From an uncultured Nitrospiraceae bacterium (lineage in GTDB: Bacteria > Nitrospirota > Thermodesulfovibrionia > Thermodesulfovibrionales > Dissulfurispiraceae), in the NCBI GenBank assembly GCA_963705105.1, contig CAVPIW010000014.1, positions 96,001 through 160,000 on the forward strand: 64,000 nucleotides of DNA. Direction: 5' to 3'. Under the pieces are notes generated by a model that searched no databases, was not told the origin of the DNA, and was given only the letters and a program-made list of their open reading frames with translations. This document shows positions 8,807-18,463 of the stretch, one piece after another; within the stretch, counting starts at the first letter, position 1, and each line of letters begins with the position of its first letter. Made by a program: the position numbers and the translations under genes.

Positions 8807-10057
8807 ATGAGAAGGTTGCTGATTTGGATGATGGTCCCTGTGGCTGCTTTGTTCCTGGGTGGTGACTGCGCATCGGCCACGGTCTGCGTCGATTGCCATG
8901 CCAAGGTGACGCCCCGCATCGTCGATGATTGGCAGATGAGCAGCCACAGGAGGAGCGCCGTCGACTGCGTCGTCTGTCACGGCGACGACCACCTTACGGA
9001 GCAGGATATCTCCGAAGCAAAGATCCCGACCATCGATATCTGCGCAGCATGCCATGAAAAACAGGTTCTCCAGTTTAAAAGCGGCAAGCATGCCCGCGCC
9101 TGGGCGGCGATGAAGGCGTTGCCGGCGGCTCACTGGCAACCCATGGCGCTCAGGGAAGGAGAAAAGGGATGCGCCGGCTGTCACAGGATCGGCATCAAGC
9201 CGGAAGCGGATATCAGGGCGATGCAGAAAGCCGGGATGGTCTATGGGAGGTCATCCTGCGACTCCTGCCATACGCGACATCTCTTTTCCGTTGAAGAGGC
9301 CCGTCAGCCCCAGTCATGCCAGACCTGCCACAGGGGAGCGGATCACCCCCAATGGGAGATGTACTCCGGTTCCAGGCACGGCGTCCGTTTCCTGCTGAAG
9401 CAAACGGGGACAATTCCCGAAAGGGCGGCCGCACCGACCTGCCGGACCTGTCATATGCATGATGGGGACCATGCCGTCAGGGCGGCCTGGGGCTTTCTCG
9501 GCGTCCGCCTCCCTCTCCCGGAAGACAAACAGTGGGCGGCGGACGGGGCGACGATTCTGCAGGGGCTGGGTGTCCTCGATCGGGAGGGGAAGCCGGCGGC
9601 GCGGCTCGAAGTCGTGAAGTCCGCGGACGTGGCACGCCTATCCCACGAGGAATGGCTGAAGGACCGGGAAAAGATGATACATGCCTGCAGCCAATGCCAT
9701 TCGAAGCATTTTGCCGCAGGTGAACTCGCCAGGGGGGACATGATGATCCGGGAGGCTGACCGGCTCATGGCCGAGGCGATCCGTATCGTCGGCGACCTAT
9801 ACAGGGACGGGATTCTCCGAAAACCGGACAGCTACTCACAGCCCTTCCCCGATCTGCTCGCGTTTCACGATGCGCCGACGACGATCGAACAGAAACTCTT
9901 TCTCATGTTCTACGAACACCGCATGAGGGCCTTCCAGGGGACTTTCCACTCCAATCCAGACTATGCGCTCTGGTACGGCTGGAGCGGTATGCAGCGCGAT
10001 CTCGCGGAGATCAGGGAGCGGGCGGCCGAACTGAGGGAAAAGGCGGCAAAGAAATAG
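8807..10057 (+). CDS. Periplasmic octaheme cytochrome c, HAO/epsilon-HAO-like family
   Basis: Signal peptide; 8 CxxCH motifs; CHTRH.FS, DHPQWEMY..S.HG, HSNPDY. Confidence 0.85.
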   Translation: MRRLLIWMMVPVAALFLGGDCASATVCVDCHAKVTPRIVDDWQMSSHRRSAVDCVVCHGDDHLTEQDISEAKIPTIDICAACHEKQVLQFKSGKHARAWAAMKALPAAHWQPMALREGEKGCAGCHRIGIKPEADIRAMQKAGMVYGRSSCDSCHTRHLFSVEEARQPQSCQTCHRGADHPQWEMYSGSRHGVRFLLKQTGTIPERAAAPTCRTCHMHDGDHAVRAAWGFLGVRLPLPEDKQWAADGATILQGLGVLDREGKPAARLEVVKSADVARLSHEEWLKDREKMIHACSQCHSKHFAAGELARGDMMIREADRLMAEAIRIVGDLYRDGILRKPDSYSQPFPDLLAFHDAPTTIEQKLFLMFYEHRMRAFQGTFHSNPDYALWYGWSGMQRDLAEIRERAAELREKAAKK

Positions 10058-10061
10058 GGGT

Positions 10062-10970
10062 TTAAGGCGGGCACTTGCTGCAGACGGAGGTGAACAGGGA
10101 CGTGGAGAGGTAGCGGTCTCCGCGGTCGGGCAGGATGACGACGATGCAGCCTTCCCTGAGTTCGCTCGACTTGCGGATGGCGACGTGCATCGCCGCGCCG
10201 CTCGACATGCCGACGAAGATGCCTTCCTGCAATGCCAGCTTCCGTGTCGTATCGAAGGCCTCGTCGTCGTTGACGATGGCGCGCTCGTCGAGGAGATCGG
10301 GATCGAATATCTTCGGGACGATCGACTCGCTCATGTTTTTCAATCCCTGGATGCGGTGGCCCATGACGGGTTCGACACCGACGATCGTGATGTCCCTGTT
10401 GAACTCCTTGAGCCTCCTTGCCATGCCCATGAGGGTGCCCGTCGTTCCCATCCCTGCAACAAGATGAGTGATCCGGCCCTTTGTCTGCTCGATGATCTCC
10501 CGTCCCGTCGTCTCGTAATGTGCCTGCGCATTGACGACATTGTCGAACTGGTTCGGCATGAAGTAGCGGTCGGGGTCTTCGGCGAGAATGGCGTAAGCCA
10601 GCCGGATGGCGCCGTCTGTCCCCTCGTTCGCCGGGCTCAGGATGAGCTCCGCGCCGAAGGCCTCGAGGACGCGCCGCCGCTCGATGCTGACGCAGGCGGG
10701 CATGGTCAGTTTCACGCGGTACCGTTTCGCCGAGGCGACCATGGCGAGGCCTATCCCCGTATTGCCGGACGTCGCCTCGAGGATGATCTTGTCCCTCGTG
10801 AGTTTCCCCTCTTTTTCAGCTGCCTCGATCATGAAGAGGGCGATCCGGTCCTTGATGGATCCGCCGGGGTTGTTCCCCTCGAGTTTTGCGTATAGCCTGA
10901 CCTTCGGATTGGGATTGATGCTCTCGATCGAAACGATGGGCGTGTTGCCTATGCATTCAATGATGCTCAT
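10062..10970 (-). CDS. cysM: Cysteine synthase (PLP-dependent, CysM/CysK)
   Basis: KLEGNNPGGSIKDR, EATSGNTG, GTTGT, DRGDRYLST. Confidence 0.88.
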   Translation of the reverse strand: MSIIECIGNTPIVSIESINPNPKVRLYAKLEGNNPGGSIKDRIALFMIEAAEKEGKLTRDKIILEATSGNTGIGLAMVASAKRYRVKLTMPACVSIERRRVLEAFGAELILSPANEGTDGAIRLAYAILAEDPDRYFMPNQFDNVVNAQAHYETTGREIIEQTKGRITHLVAGMGTTGTLMGMARRLKEFNRDITIVGVEPVMGHRIQGLKNMSESIVPKIFDPDLLDERAIVNDDEAFDTTRKLALQEGIFVGMSSGAAMHVAIRKSSELREGCIVVILPDRGDRYLSTSLFTSVCSKCPP

Positions 10971-10981
10971 GCTCTATTATA

Positions 10982-11253
10982 CCTTATCGTTGCAATAGGT
11001 CTCCGTAAAGGCGGGGTGTATGCGCCGAAAACCTTGCTGCGGCGACACCAGTATCAAAAGGAAAGATGAACTGTAAGCCAATGGTCGATGATACAAAGAG
11101 TAGAATCCTGTAGGGGCCGTTCCCCGAACGGCCCGACATCGATGACGCTATTTCAGGCCGACGGCTGAAAAAGGTGAACTTTTTACTGACACTCACACTG
11201 TCACTGACACTGTATTTGAGGCGCTTCGCCCCGCCCTCTTATGCACTGGAAGA
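10982..11253 (+). mobile_element. MITE copy (L1, REP, R2); right end degenerate
   Basis: CCTTATCGTTGCA start; REP at about 11110-11134; ACTGAC/ACTCAC tract; CGCCCCGCC..ATGCAC end; no TSD match. Confidence 0.88.
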
Positions 11254-11291
11254 TTGTCACCCTTCGGGAAGCAACGGGGTATCAAAACAGA

Positions 11292-11858
11292 CTATATTTT
11301 TTTGAAAAAGATCAGCCAGACCAGCAGCAGAATGAAGAAGACAAAGGAGATCGCCTCTCCCGCGACGATGAAAAAGACGATCCTCCTGCCCGACGGGCTC
11401 ATCTTCAGCCACATTCTGTCAAGGAACCATTTCCACAGCCGGCTCCGGAGGCTGTTCTTACTCGATGTCACGATGTAATCGCCGGCACTCTTCAACCAGA
11501 GATTGATCTCCCTCTTGTCTTCAGGAGTCGGTTCCCGGTTTCCGTCTTCCGTATAATTCAGAACCGATCCTTCTGCCGAGGACAGGATCTCCATCGTGAT
11601 AATCCTCATCGTTTCAGCTTCGAGGCGGACGGTGACCACCCCGTCCTGTTCCCGGTGCCCGACTGTTCCGTTATAAGTGACCTCCTCCTCGGAACGGTCA
11701 TACTTCACCTTAAGCGCAAAGGCGCCCGTCTCCGCAGTGCGTGCAAATTCGAGGACGGCCCACTGGGGATTGAGCCTGAACCACGTGTCGAGGTCATGGA
11801 AAAAAGCAAAGACCTGCTCCCGCGGAAGAGGCAGGTAGAGATGACAGGAATAGCCCAT
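11292..11858 (-). CDS. Hypothetical membrane protein (SRPBCC-like N-terminus, C-terminal TM helix)
   Basis: PREQVFAFFHDLDTWFRLNP; hydrophobic C-terminus; coupled to the upstream USP. Confidence 0.6.
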   Translation of the reverse strand: MGYSCHLYLPLPREQVFAFFHDLDTWFRLNPQWAVLEFARTAETGAFALKVKYDRSEEEVTYNGTVGHREQDGVVTVRLEAETMRIITMEILSSAEGSVLNYTEDGNREPTPEDKREINLWLKSAGDYIVTSSKNSLRSRLWKWFLDRMWLKMSPSGRRIVFFIVAGEAISFVFFILLLVWLIFFKKI

Positions 11859-12310
11859 CAGGGCCTGACGAACAGGACGGGCACGGTGATACGCCTGAAA
11901 ACCTTCTCGGGCAGATTGACGGACTCGAAGCGCTCTCTCCAGGACTTCAGCACTTTCGATCCGAGGATGACGATGTCATAACCGCCGTCAGCGGCCACGT
12001 CCGCGATGACCTCCTCGGGGGCGCCGTGGCGCATCTCTGTCACGACGCGGACATCGCGGCGGGAGGCCTTTTCGGTGAAACGGCCAAGCGCCTCCTCGCC
12101 CTCGCGCCTGAGGGAACTTTCGAGGTGCTCCCGGCACTCATCGCGGTTGACCGCATAGATCTCGTTGGTGAATTTCTTGAGGAACGGGTCGATGACATAG
12201 AGGGCGGTGAGTCCGGCGCCGCAGCAGAGCGCGAGGGTGAGAGCATATTCCTCGGCCCTGGCGGTATGCGGTTCGCCGTCTGTGCAGAGAAGGATCTTCC
12301 GGATGTCCAT
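11858..12310 (-). CDS. Universal stress protein
   Basis: KILLCTDG, G.PEEVI, DIVILGS. Confidence 0.88.
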   Translation of the reverse strand: MDIRKILLCTDGEPHTARAEEYALTLALCCGAGLTALYVIDPFLKKFTNEIYAVNRDECREHLESSLRREGEEALGRFTEKASRRDVRVVTEMRHGAPEEVIADVAADGGYDIVILGSKVLKSWRERFESVNLPEKVFRRITVPVLFVRP

Positions 12311-12322
12311 AGTCTAATAAGA

Positions 12323-12513
12323 CCTTCCCGTTGCGTGAAAAGGCGGGACAAAGTGCCTCAAAGCCTTGCTAATAGCGAGCATGATCATTTGAAATGGGAC
12401 ATTGGGTATTTCACCCTCTGTGTCATCAACCGTCGGCCTTACATGATCCGCATGGGAAGGCAAAGGTTTCGCAGCACCAAGGCTTTTCGGCATCTTCGCC
12501 CCGCCTTTCCGGA
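12323..12513 (-). mobile_element. MITE copy (L2-R1), long end truncated
   Basis: CCTTCCCGTTGCG end; interior matches the 4673 copy without the REP doublet. Confidence 0.85.
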
Positions 12514-12532
12514 TGTCCATCACTAATAATAC

Positions 12533-12568
12533 AAAAAGGGGGCGCCTTGATGAAACCCGCGCCCCCTT
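12533..12568 (-). terminator. Probable intrinsic terminator after the YeiH gene
   Basis: AAGGGGGCGC/GCGCCCCCTT stem followed by a T-run on the minus strand. Confidence 0.55.
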
Positions 12569-12582
12569 CGCTGTGCCGATGA

Positions 12583-13905
12583 TTACTTAACTTTGAAGAC
12601 TTCTTCGCCGATGGCCATGATGACGGCTGCCGAGAGGACCGCCTTCATGATCGCCGATATGAATCCTATCATGAAGGCCTTTCCGCCGGCCTTCTTTAGG
12701 TCGTCAAAGGCTATGTTCAGTCCGACGCCCGCGAAGCCGATGGCGAAAAAGATCTTCAGGAGGTCTTTCCCGAGGATATCTGCATGGGCCTTGGAGAAGA
12801 CGCCGAGCTCATTCAGCGTGACCATAGCGAAGAACCCGAGGATGAAGATGGGGAATTTCTCCCTGATCACCTGGAGGGCGTTGATCTTCTGGGTCTGCTC
12901 ACCGGCGGCCGCAGCCGGCTTCACCACGTAGAAATATATTGCCCAGATCACGATGATGGGGATGAAGCCCACCCGCACGATGTTGATGATGTTCGCCGTC
13001 AGCAGCGACTCATGACCGTACCACGTGGCTGCTGCGACGAGCTGCGCCGTATTGAGGATGGCCGTGCCGCACCATGCCCCGAATACGGGCTGGCTCATGC
13101 CGAGGGCCTTTCCGATATAAGGGAATGTGAAGAGGCAGAGCGTGCCGAAGAGGAGGATCGTGCCGATGGCATAGAAGAAGTCTCTCGGCTTCGCATTGAC
13201 CACGGGAGCGGCGGCGACGGCGGCGGAAACGCCGCAGACACCGACACCGGCGCCCATGACTCCCGCAAGGCCCTCATCGACTTTCGCCCTCCTGCCCCAG
13301 AACGAGATGAGGACCTGGGTGCCGAGAACGAAGGCGACGACGAGAATAAGACCGATGACGCCGACCTTGAGCACGTTCGACCACATGTAGTAAGCGCCGA
13401 GGATGACGATGCCCGGTTTGATGATGGGACGCGCCGCGATCGTCCCTGCCTGGAAGATTTTGGGGATGCCGATGGTGTTTCTCACCAGCATGCCGCCCAG
13501 CAGGAGCATCGCCACATAGGTGAGCTGGAACTGGTTCACCCGTTCGCCGAAGGTGAACCAGAAGGGCACCTCCTTCTGCTGGTACACCACATTGTACTCG
13601 TCCTTTTTCAGGGCATAGGGCTTCTTCGGTTTCTCCTTTTCAAGCCCCAGCTCGAAGAGCGTCAGGGAGCCCTTGTAGGCGTCTTCCTTGAGCTTCATGT
13701 ATTCGTCATAGGGGACGATAGGCTTCGCCAGTTCCTTATAGGGTTTAAGGATCGTTGTCGCCTCTTTGTATCCCACCTGGTTTGCATGCATGGTCTGGTC
13801 CCACTGGAGGGCCAGCCACCCGAGAATCATACAAAGGATAAGCCCCGGGAGCATCTTGGGCAAACCCTTGAGACTGTAATCTACACCTATTCCGCCGCCG
13901 GCCAT
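12583..13905 (-). CDS. YeiH/UPF0324 (putative sulfate exporter) family membrane protein with a long extra loop after TM1
   Basis: GVCGVSAAVAAAP, FGAWCGTAI.NTAQ, FP.FILGF, AIGFAGVGL. Confidence 0.85.
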   Translation of the reverse strand: MAGGGIGVDYSLKGLPKMLPGLILCMILGWLALQWDQTMHANQVGYKEATTILKPYKELAKPIVPYDEYMKLKEDAYKGSLTLFELGLEKEKPKKPYALKKDEYNVVYQQKEVPFWFTFGERVNQFQLTYVAMLLLGGMLVRNTIGIPKIFQAGTIAARPIIKPGIVILGAYYMWSNVLKVGVIGLILVVAFVLGTQVLISFWGRRAKVDEGLAGVMGAGVGVCGVSAAVAAAPVVNAKPRDFFYAIGTILLFGTLCLFTFPYIGKALGMSQPVFGAWCGTAILNTAQLVAAATWYGHESLLTANIINIVRVGFIPIIVIWAIYFYVVKPAAAAGEQTQKINALQVIREKFPIFILGFFAMVTLNELGVFSKAHADILGKDLLKIFFAIGFAGVGLNIAFDDLKKAGGKAFMIGFISAIMKAVLSAAVIMAIGEEVFKVK

Positions 13906-13925
13906 GTCAAACCCCCTTTGTATCT

Positions 13926-14084
13926 CTAAAAGAAAAGCGCCTTGTAGAATTTGGGACCGATGATCCCGCTCAGCACGAGGATGACGGTGATCGTCGAGAT
14001 GATGAGTACGACGACGTCCTCTTTCCGCTCAGCAGAAAAGGTCTTCTCCGCCCGTTCCTGCCATTCCCTGTTCTCTTCCGCCAT
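13926..14084 (-). CDS. 52-aa single-pass membrane protein (absent from the ORF track)
   Basis: RBS AAAGGAGG; MAEENREWQERAEKTFSAERKEDVVVLIISTITVILVLSGIIGPKFYKALFF. Confidence 0.75.
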   Translation of the reverse strand: MAEENREWQERAEKTFSAERKEDVVVLIISTITVILVLSGIIGPKFYKALFF

Positions 14085-14150
14085 GATCTTCCTCCTTTTA
14101 TCGGATGACGGGGCAGGTCAGTCCCGCCCCGTCATAAATAAGCCGTTCTA

Positions 14151-14630
14151 TTACTGGGTCGGGAATTTGTTTGTCTTCCACTCAGGGATACCGTCCCTGT
14201 ACCAGTAGAGATTCTTGTAGCCGAGGTGCTGCAGCATCAGGGCCGTCGCCGGTGACCTCCAGCAAAGCACGCCGTTGCAGTAAAGCACGATTGTGTCCTC
14301 TTTCTTATACTGGCTTGCCAGACTCTCATCGGCGAGGAGATGATCCGCCAGGAGCCACTTGGCGCCGACGATGCGCTCCTGCTCATACTGCTCTTTCACC
14401 CTGTTGTCGAGGAGCACGAAACTCTTCTTCGTGTCCATCCACTTCTTCAGTTCCTTGCCGGTGATGACCTTGACGCCGGGGATGGACGTGGGGAGCTCCT
14501 TCTTGGCTGCGGCCATGTCCTTCCATTCCTTGATCTTGTCGATAACTGCCGGGGGCCACGCGGCATAGGCCGACAGGACCAAACCGAGCACGAACAAACC
14601 TGTGATGCTAAGCGTGATAATCCTTTTCAT
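14151..14630 (-). CDS. Periplasmic rhodanese-domain protein
   Basis: Signal peptide; LLDNR...ERIVGA, YCNGVLCWRS, YWYRDGIPEW. Confidence 0.88.
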   Translation of the reverse strand: MKRIITLSITGLFVLGLVLSAYAAWPPAVIDKIKEWKDMAAAKKELPTSIPGVKVITGKELKKWMDTKKSFVLLDNRVKEQYEQERIVGAKWLLADHLLADESLASQYKKEDTIVLYCNGVLCWRSPATALMLQHLGYKNLYWYRDGIPEWKTNKFPTQ

Positions 14631-14654
14631 TTTCTCCTCCTGATTCATGTTTTT

Positions 14655-15074
14655 CTATTTCACCACCACGACCGGACAACTTGCCCATTCGACAAGCCGC
14701 GACGTGACGCTTCCCATGACAAGCTTCTTCGCCCCGTGCTTCCCGTGGGAGGCGACGATGATCTCATCGACCTTTTCCCGCTTCGCTATTTCGAGGATCG
14801 TTTCGGCCGGGGTCCCCGTCTCGATGAACCCCTTCGCTTCGAGACCGGCAGCCTTGAATTTGTCCAGTGCTGCAGCCATAATGCCCCTTGCCTCCTTCAT
14901 GACAAGGTCGGTGATCGTCGAGCAGTCGACCTCGCTGAGTCCTATGGGACACCAGTCTTCGGCGACATTGACGACGACGATCTCAGCCCCATCCCTCTCT
15001 GCCGTTTCGATGGCCCTGGCTACGGCCTTGTCGGCATCCGCCGATCCGTCTGTTGCCACCAGAATCTTCTTCAT
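14655..15074 (-). CDS. Universal stress protein
   Basis: KKILVATDGS, G.PAETI, MGSVTSRLV...CPVVVVK. Confidence 0.92.
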   Translation of the reverse strand: MKKILVATDGSADADKAVARAIETAERDGAEIVVVNVAEDWCPIGLSEVDCSTITDLVMKEARGIMAAALDKFKAAGLEAKGFIETGTPAETILEIAKREKVDEIIVASHGKHGAKKLVMGSVTSRLVEWASCPVVVVK

Positions 15075-15119
15075 CCAATCCTCCTGTGCCGTGAAATCGG
15101 GACTAACGGATTTCTTAAA

Positions 15120-15135
15120 AGCAATGGCTGTGCCA
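15120..15135 (-). promoter_or_regulatory. Sigma54 -24/-12 promoter
   Basis: TGGCACAGCCATTGCT on the minus strand, an exact TGGCAC-N5-TTGCW match. Confidence 0.85.
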
Positions 15136-15187
15136 AAAAGAAGAGGGTAGTATTATCAGATAGTTGGATGGGGCTGCTGATCATTGT

Positions 15188-15236
15188 GTTCCCGGCAGGG
15201 AACGGGGGCAAGGCCGGAATGTTCCCGAGCGGGAAC
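15188..15236. promoter_or_regulatory. Paired enhancer (bEBP) sites
   Basis: Two GTTCCC-N4-GGGAAC palindromes (15188-15203, 15221-15236) with 33-bp periodicity, upstream of the sigma54 promoter. Confidence 0.65.
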
Positions 15237-16601
15237 TTACTCGATCCCGTACTCCTTAAGTTTCTTCCAGAGCACTTTTCTGCTTATGCCGAGCATGCGG
15301 GCGGCTTCGAGCTTCCTCCCCCCTGTTTCGTCGAGCGCCTTCATGATCCGCTGCTTTTCGAAGCACCGGATGCTCGATTCGAGGGGAAGGTCCCCGGCAA
15401 GACAGGGGCCGGCGGTGGTAGTCTCAACAGACTTTCCTATCTCGTCGGGAAGGTGTGACGGGTCGATGACGCCGTCTTTGCAGAAGATGACGGCCCGCTC
15501 AATGGCATGCTTCAGTTCCCGCACATTGCCGGGGTAGACGTAGGAGAGGAGCGCGTCGTAGGCGTTCTTCGATACGGTGATCCCGCCCTTGCGGAACTTC
15601 TCCCCGAAGAATTTCAGGAAGTGGTCGATGAAATAGGGGATGTCTTCCCTGCGCTCCCGGAGGGGAGGCAGGACGATGGGGACGATGTTGATGCGGTAAA
15701 AGAGATCGCTGCGGAATGTGCCCGCCTCCACGCACTCCTTGAGGTTCTTGCTCGTCGCATAGATGCCCCGGACATCAACCCTGACGGTGACGTTGCTCCC
15801 AAGGCGGGTTATCGCCTGGTCCTCGATCACACGGAGCAGTTTCGGCTGGAGAGACAGGGGGATGTCAGCGATCTCGTCGAAGAAGATGCTGCCTTCGTCG
15901 GCAAACTCAAACTTGCCTTTTCTCGACTCTGTCGCCCCCGTGAAGGCGCCCTTTTCCGACCCGAAGAGCTCCGATTCGAAGAGGTTCTCGGGGATGGCTG
16001 CACAGTTGATCTTGACGAACTGCTTTCCGCTCCTGCCGCTTAGCCCGTGGATGGCGTTGGCGACGAGCTCCTTTCCCGTGCCGCTTTCGCCGAGGATCAG
16101 GACGGGCACGTCCGTCCCGGCAACAGCCGCGATGCGGTCGAAGACGTCCATGATCGTCGGGCTGACGCCGATCATGTTCTGGAACCCCCGTGTCTCCTTC
16201 AGGGTTTCCCGCAGATAGGCGACCTCGTCTTCGAGCTTCTGGAACTTGAAGAACCGTTCGACGGAGATCAGGAGCTCCTCGTTGGTGAACGGCTTGGCCA
16301 GGTAATCGAAGGCGCCGTCCCTGATCGCCTCGACAGCGCCCCTGATATCGGCGTATCCCGTGATGATGATGACGCCGCTTTTTGCCGCCGTTTCACGTGC
16401 TTTCTTCAGGATCTCTATGCCGTCCCGGTACGGCAGCCGCAGGTCGGTGATAATCAGGTCGAACATGCCCGTCTCGACCTGCCTCATCCCCTCGTTGCCA
16501 TCGACGGCAAGGGTGACGTCAAAACCCTCGGAGATGAGAAAATGCCTCATCCCCACCCTCATGATGGGGTCGTCTTCGACGATGAGAATCTTCCTCTTCA
16601 T
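15237..16601 (-). CDS. NtrC-family sigma54 response regulator
   Basis: REC domain, GESGTGKE, GAFTGA, YPGNVREL, C-terminal HTH. Confidence 0.95.
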   Translation of the reverse strand: MKRKILIVEDDPIMRVGMRHFLISEGFDVTLAVDGNEGMRQVETGMFDLIITDLRLPYRDGIEILKKARETAAKSGVIIITGYADIRGAVEAIRDGAFDYLAKPFTNEELLISVERFFKFQKLEDEVAYLRETLKETRGFQNMIGVSPTIMDVFDRIAAVAGTDVPVLILGESGTGKELVANAIHGLSGRSGKQFVKINCAAIPENLFESELFGSEKGAFTGATESRKGKFEFADEGSIFFDEIADIPLSLQPKLLRVIEDQAITRLGSNVTVRVDVRGIYATSKNLKECVEAGTFRSDLFYRINIVPIVLPPLRERREDIPYFIDHFLKFFGEKFRKGGITVSKNAYDALLSYVYPGNVRELKHAIERAVIFCKDGVIDPSHLPDEIGKSVETTTAGPCLAGDLPLESSIRCFEKQRIMKALDETGGRKLEAARMLGISRKVLWKKLKEYGIE

Positions 16602-18204
16602 GCTGTCCCGCCGCAGGGCAGCCGGATGGTGAATGTCGTTCCCTGCCCCGACGTCTCCACATCGATCTTCCCCTTGTGCTGCTCGATGATCGACCGGCTG
16701 ACGGTGAGTCCGAGCCCCGTGCCCTCACCGACCTCTTTCGTGGTGAAGAAAGGATCGAAGATCCTCCGCGCCACCTCGGGCTGTATACCCCTGCCGGTGT
16801 CCTCGAAAGCGATATAGCACCAGTCTGCGGCATTCCAGGTCCTGACGGTCAGGACGCCCTCGCCCTCCATGGACTGGACGGCGTTGATGATCAGGTTTAG
16901 GAAGACCTGTTCGAGCTTGTTCGAGTCCACCATGACATCGGGCAAATCAGGCTGGAAGTCCTTCGCCAGCCTGATGCCCTTTTGCGCTATCGTGAATTCC
17001 GAGAACTGCAGCACATTGTCAGCGATCTCATTGAGGGAGCCCCGTGCGATGCTGAGCGGGGTGTTCTTCGAGAAGTCGAGGAGCTGCCTCACGATGCCCT
17101 GGATGCGGTTGAACCCCGAGGTGATGACCTCGATGTGTTCCCGTCTCGTCTCCTCATCCATCGGGGTTTTCATGAGATTGTCGAAACAGAGCCTGATCCC
17201 GCCGAGGGGGTTGTTGATCTCGTGGGCCACGCCGGCCGACAACTGACCCAGGGATGCAAGCTTCTCCGTCTGCATCATCTGCTTTTCCAGTTCTGCAGAC
17301 TGCTTCAGCTTCTCCTGGGCGTCGAGGAGGTGTCTTGAAAGGACGTTGAAGGATTCGGTGACATCGCCGATCTCGTCGCTGCGCCCGCTCGGGATATCCC
17401 TGCCGAGGGGTTCCGTCCCGTTCGCGATGCCCCTGAATATGTCGGAGAGGTTGTTCAGCGGTCTCGATACAAGCTGTCTGAAAGTCCCGAAGAGGGCCAG
17501 AAAGAGGACGCCGAGGGTGATGCTGCCGAAGAGGAACGCATCGATGGCCACCTTGCGCACCTGGGCAAGGGCGACGTCGAGGGGAATGGAGACAGAGTCG
17601 AGGCCGATGACCGTGCCGACCTGCCAGTGAAATCCGCTGTCGGAGCCGTACATCTTGATCAGTTCGGCAGGAGCGTCCGACGGTTTGCCGTGACACTGCA
17701 GGCAGCTTTGCTCCATAAAGATCGGCCGGAGCCGGATAAGGTAGCGCTTGCCGTCATCGAGGGTCTCGACGCCGTTCCAGGTGGTCAGGTTGCTGAATTG
17801 ACGGAAGTGGTCGATCATCTTGAGGTGGAAGGTGTCGGCCCTGTTCTTCAGGTTCCGCGGATTGTCGGAAACCCTTTTATAGGTGTAATCCGTGAGCTCC
17901 CTGTTGAACCGGTCCATGACCTTGAGGCTGACGTGGGTCGTCGACATCGCCTCGACGATGAACTGGCCCTCGGCATTGAGATTCTTCAGGGTCTCGAAGA
18001 TCGCCGGCCGGAGTGTTTCCCTGACATAGCCGCCGATGGACCTCACCTGCGTCATGATGATGACGGTCTTCTCCTCAGCCTCCTTGATGACCTGGGACTT
18101 CAGGTAATGGTAGAGGATAGTCGAGAAGAACCCGCAGAACAGGAGCAGGATCACGCCGACGGCGAGGCTGAACTTGAGGCCGAGACCGGATTTTTTAGCT
18201 TCAT
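16598..18204 (-). CDS. Sensor histidine kinase with periplasmic heme c (DUF3365-like) and HAMP domains; start uncertain (probable 1-nt loss in T6 at 18191-18196)
   Basis: CLQCH, AHEINNP, FTTKEVGEGTGLGL. Confidence 0.88.
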
Positions 18205-18321
18205 TATTTATTTTATCACATCGACGAACTCGCAGAAAGCCCGCCACGGCCGCCGGCGAATCCGGTGTTTCGGGACGGTTTCTTTTAACGTCAACATGAC
18301 GTGACTGCCGCAGTCCGTCAA

Positions 18322-18383
18322 CTCTTCAGTTGCGTGGTGAAAAGGTGATTCCGCCTTTCCGGAAGACCTTTGCAGCAATAGGG
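18322..18383 (-). mobile_element. 62-bp mini-MITE; TSD TCAA
   Basis: CTCTTCAGTTGCG...CCGCCTTTCCGG...TGCAGCAATAGGG flanked by TCAA. Confidence 0.7.
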
Positions 18384-18463
18384 TCAACATGCAAATTTCC
18401 ATTGACAACTGACGAATTAGTACCTATACTCATGATATTAACAGACTCTTTGACGGAGGGACG

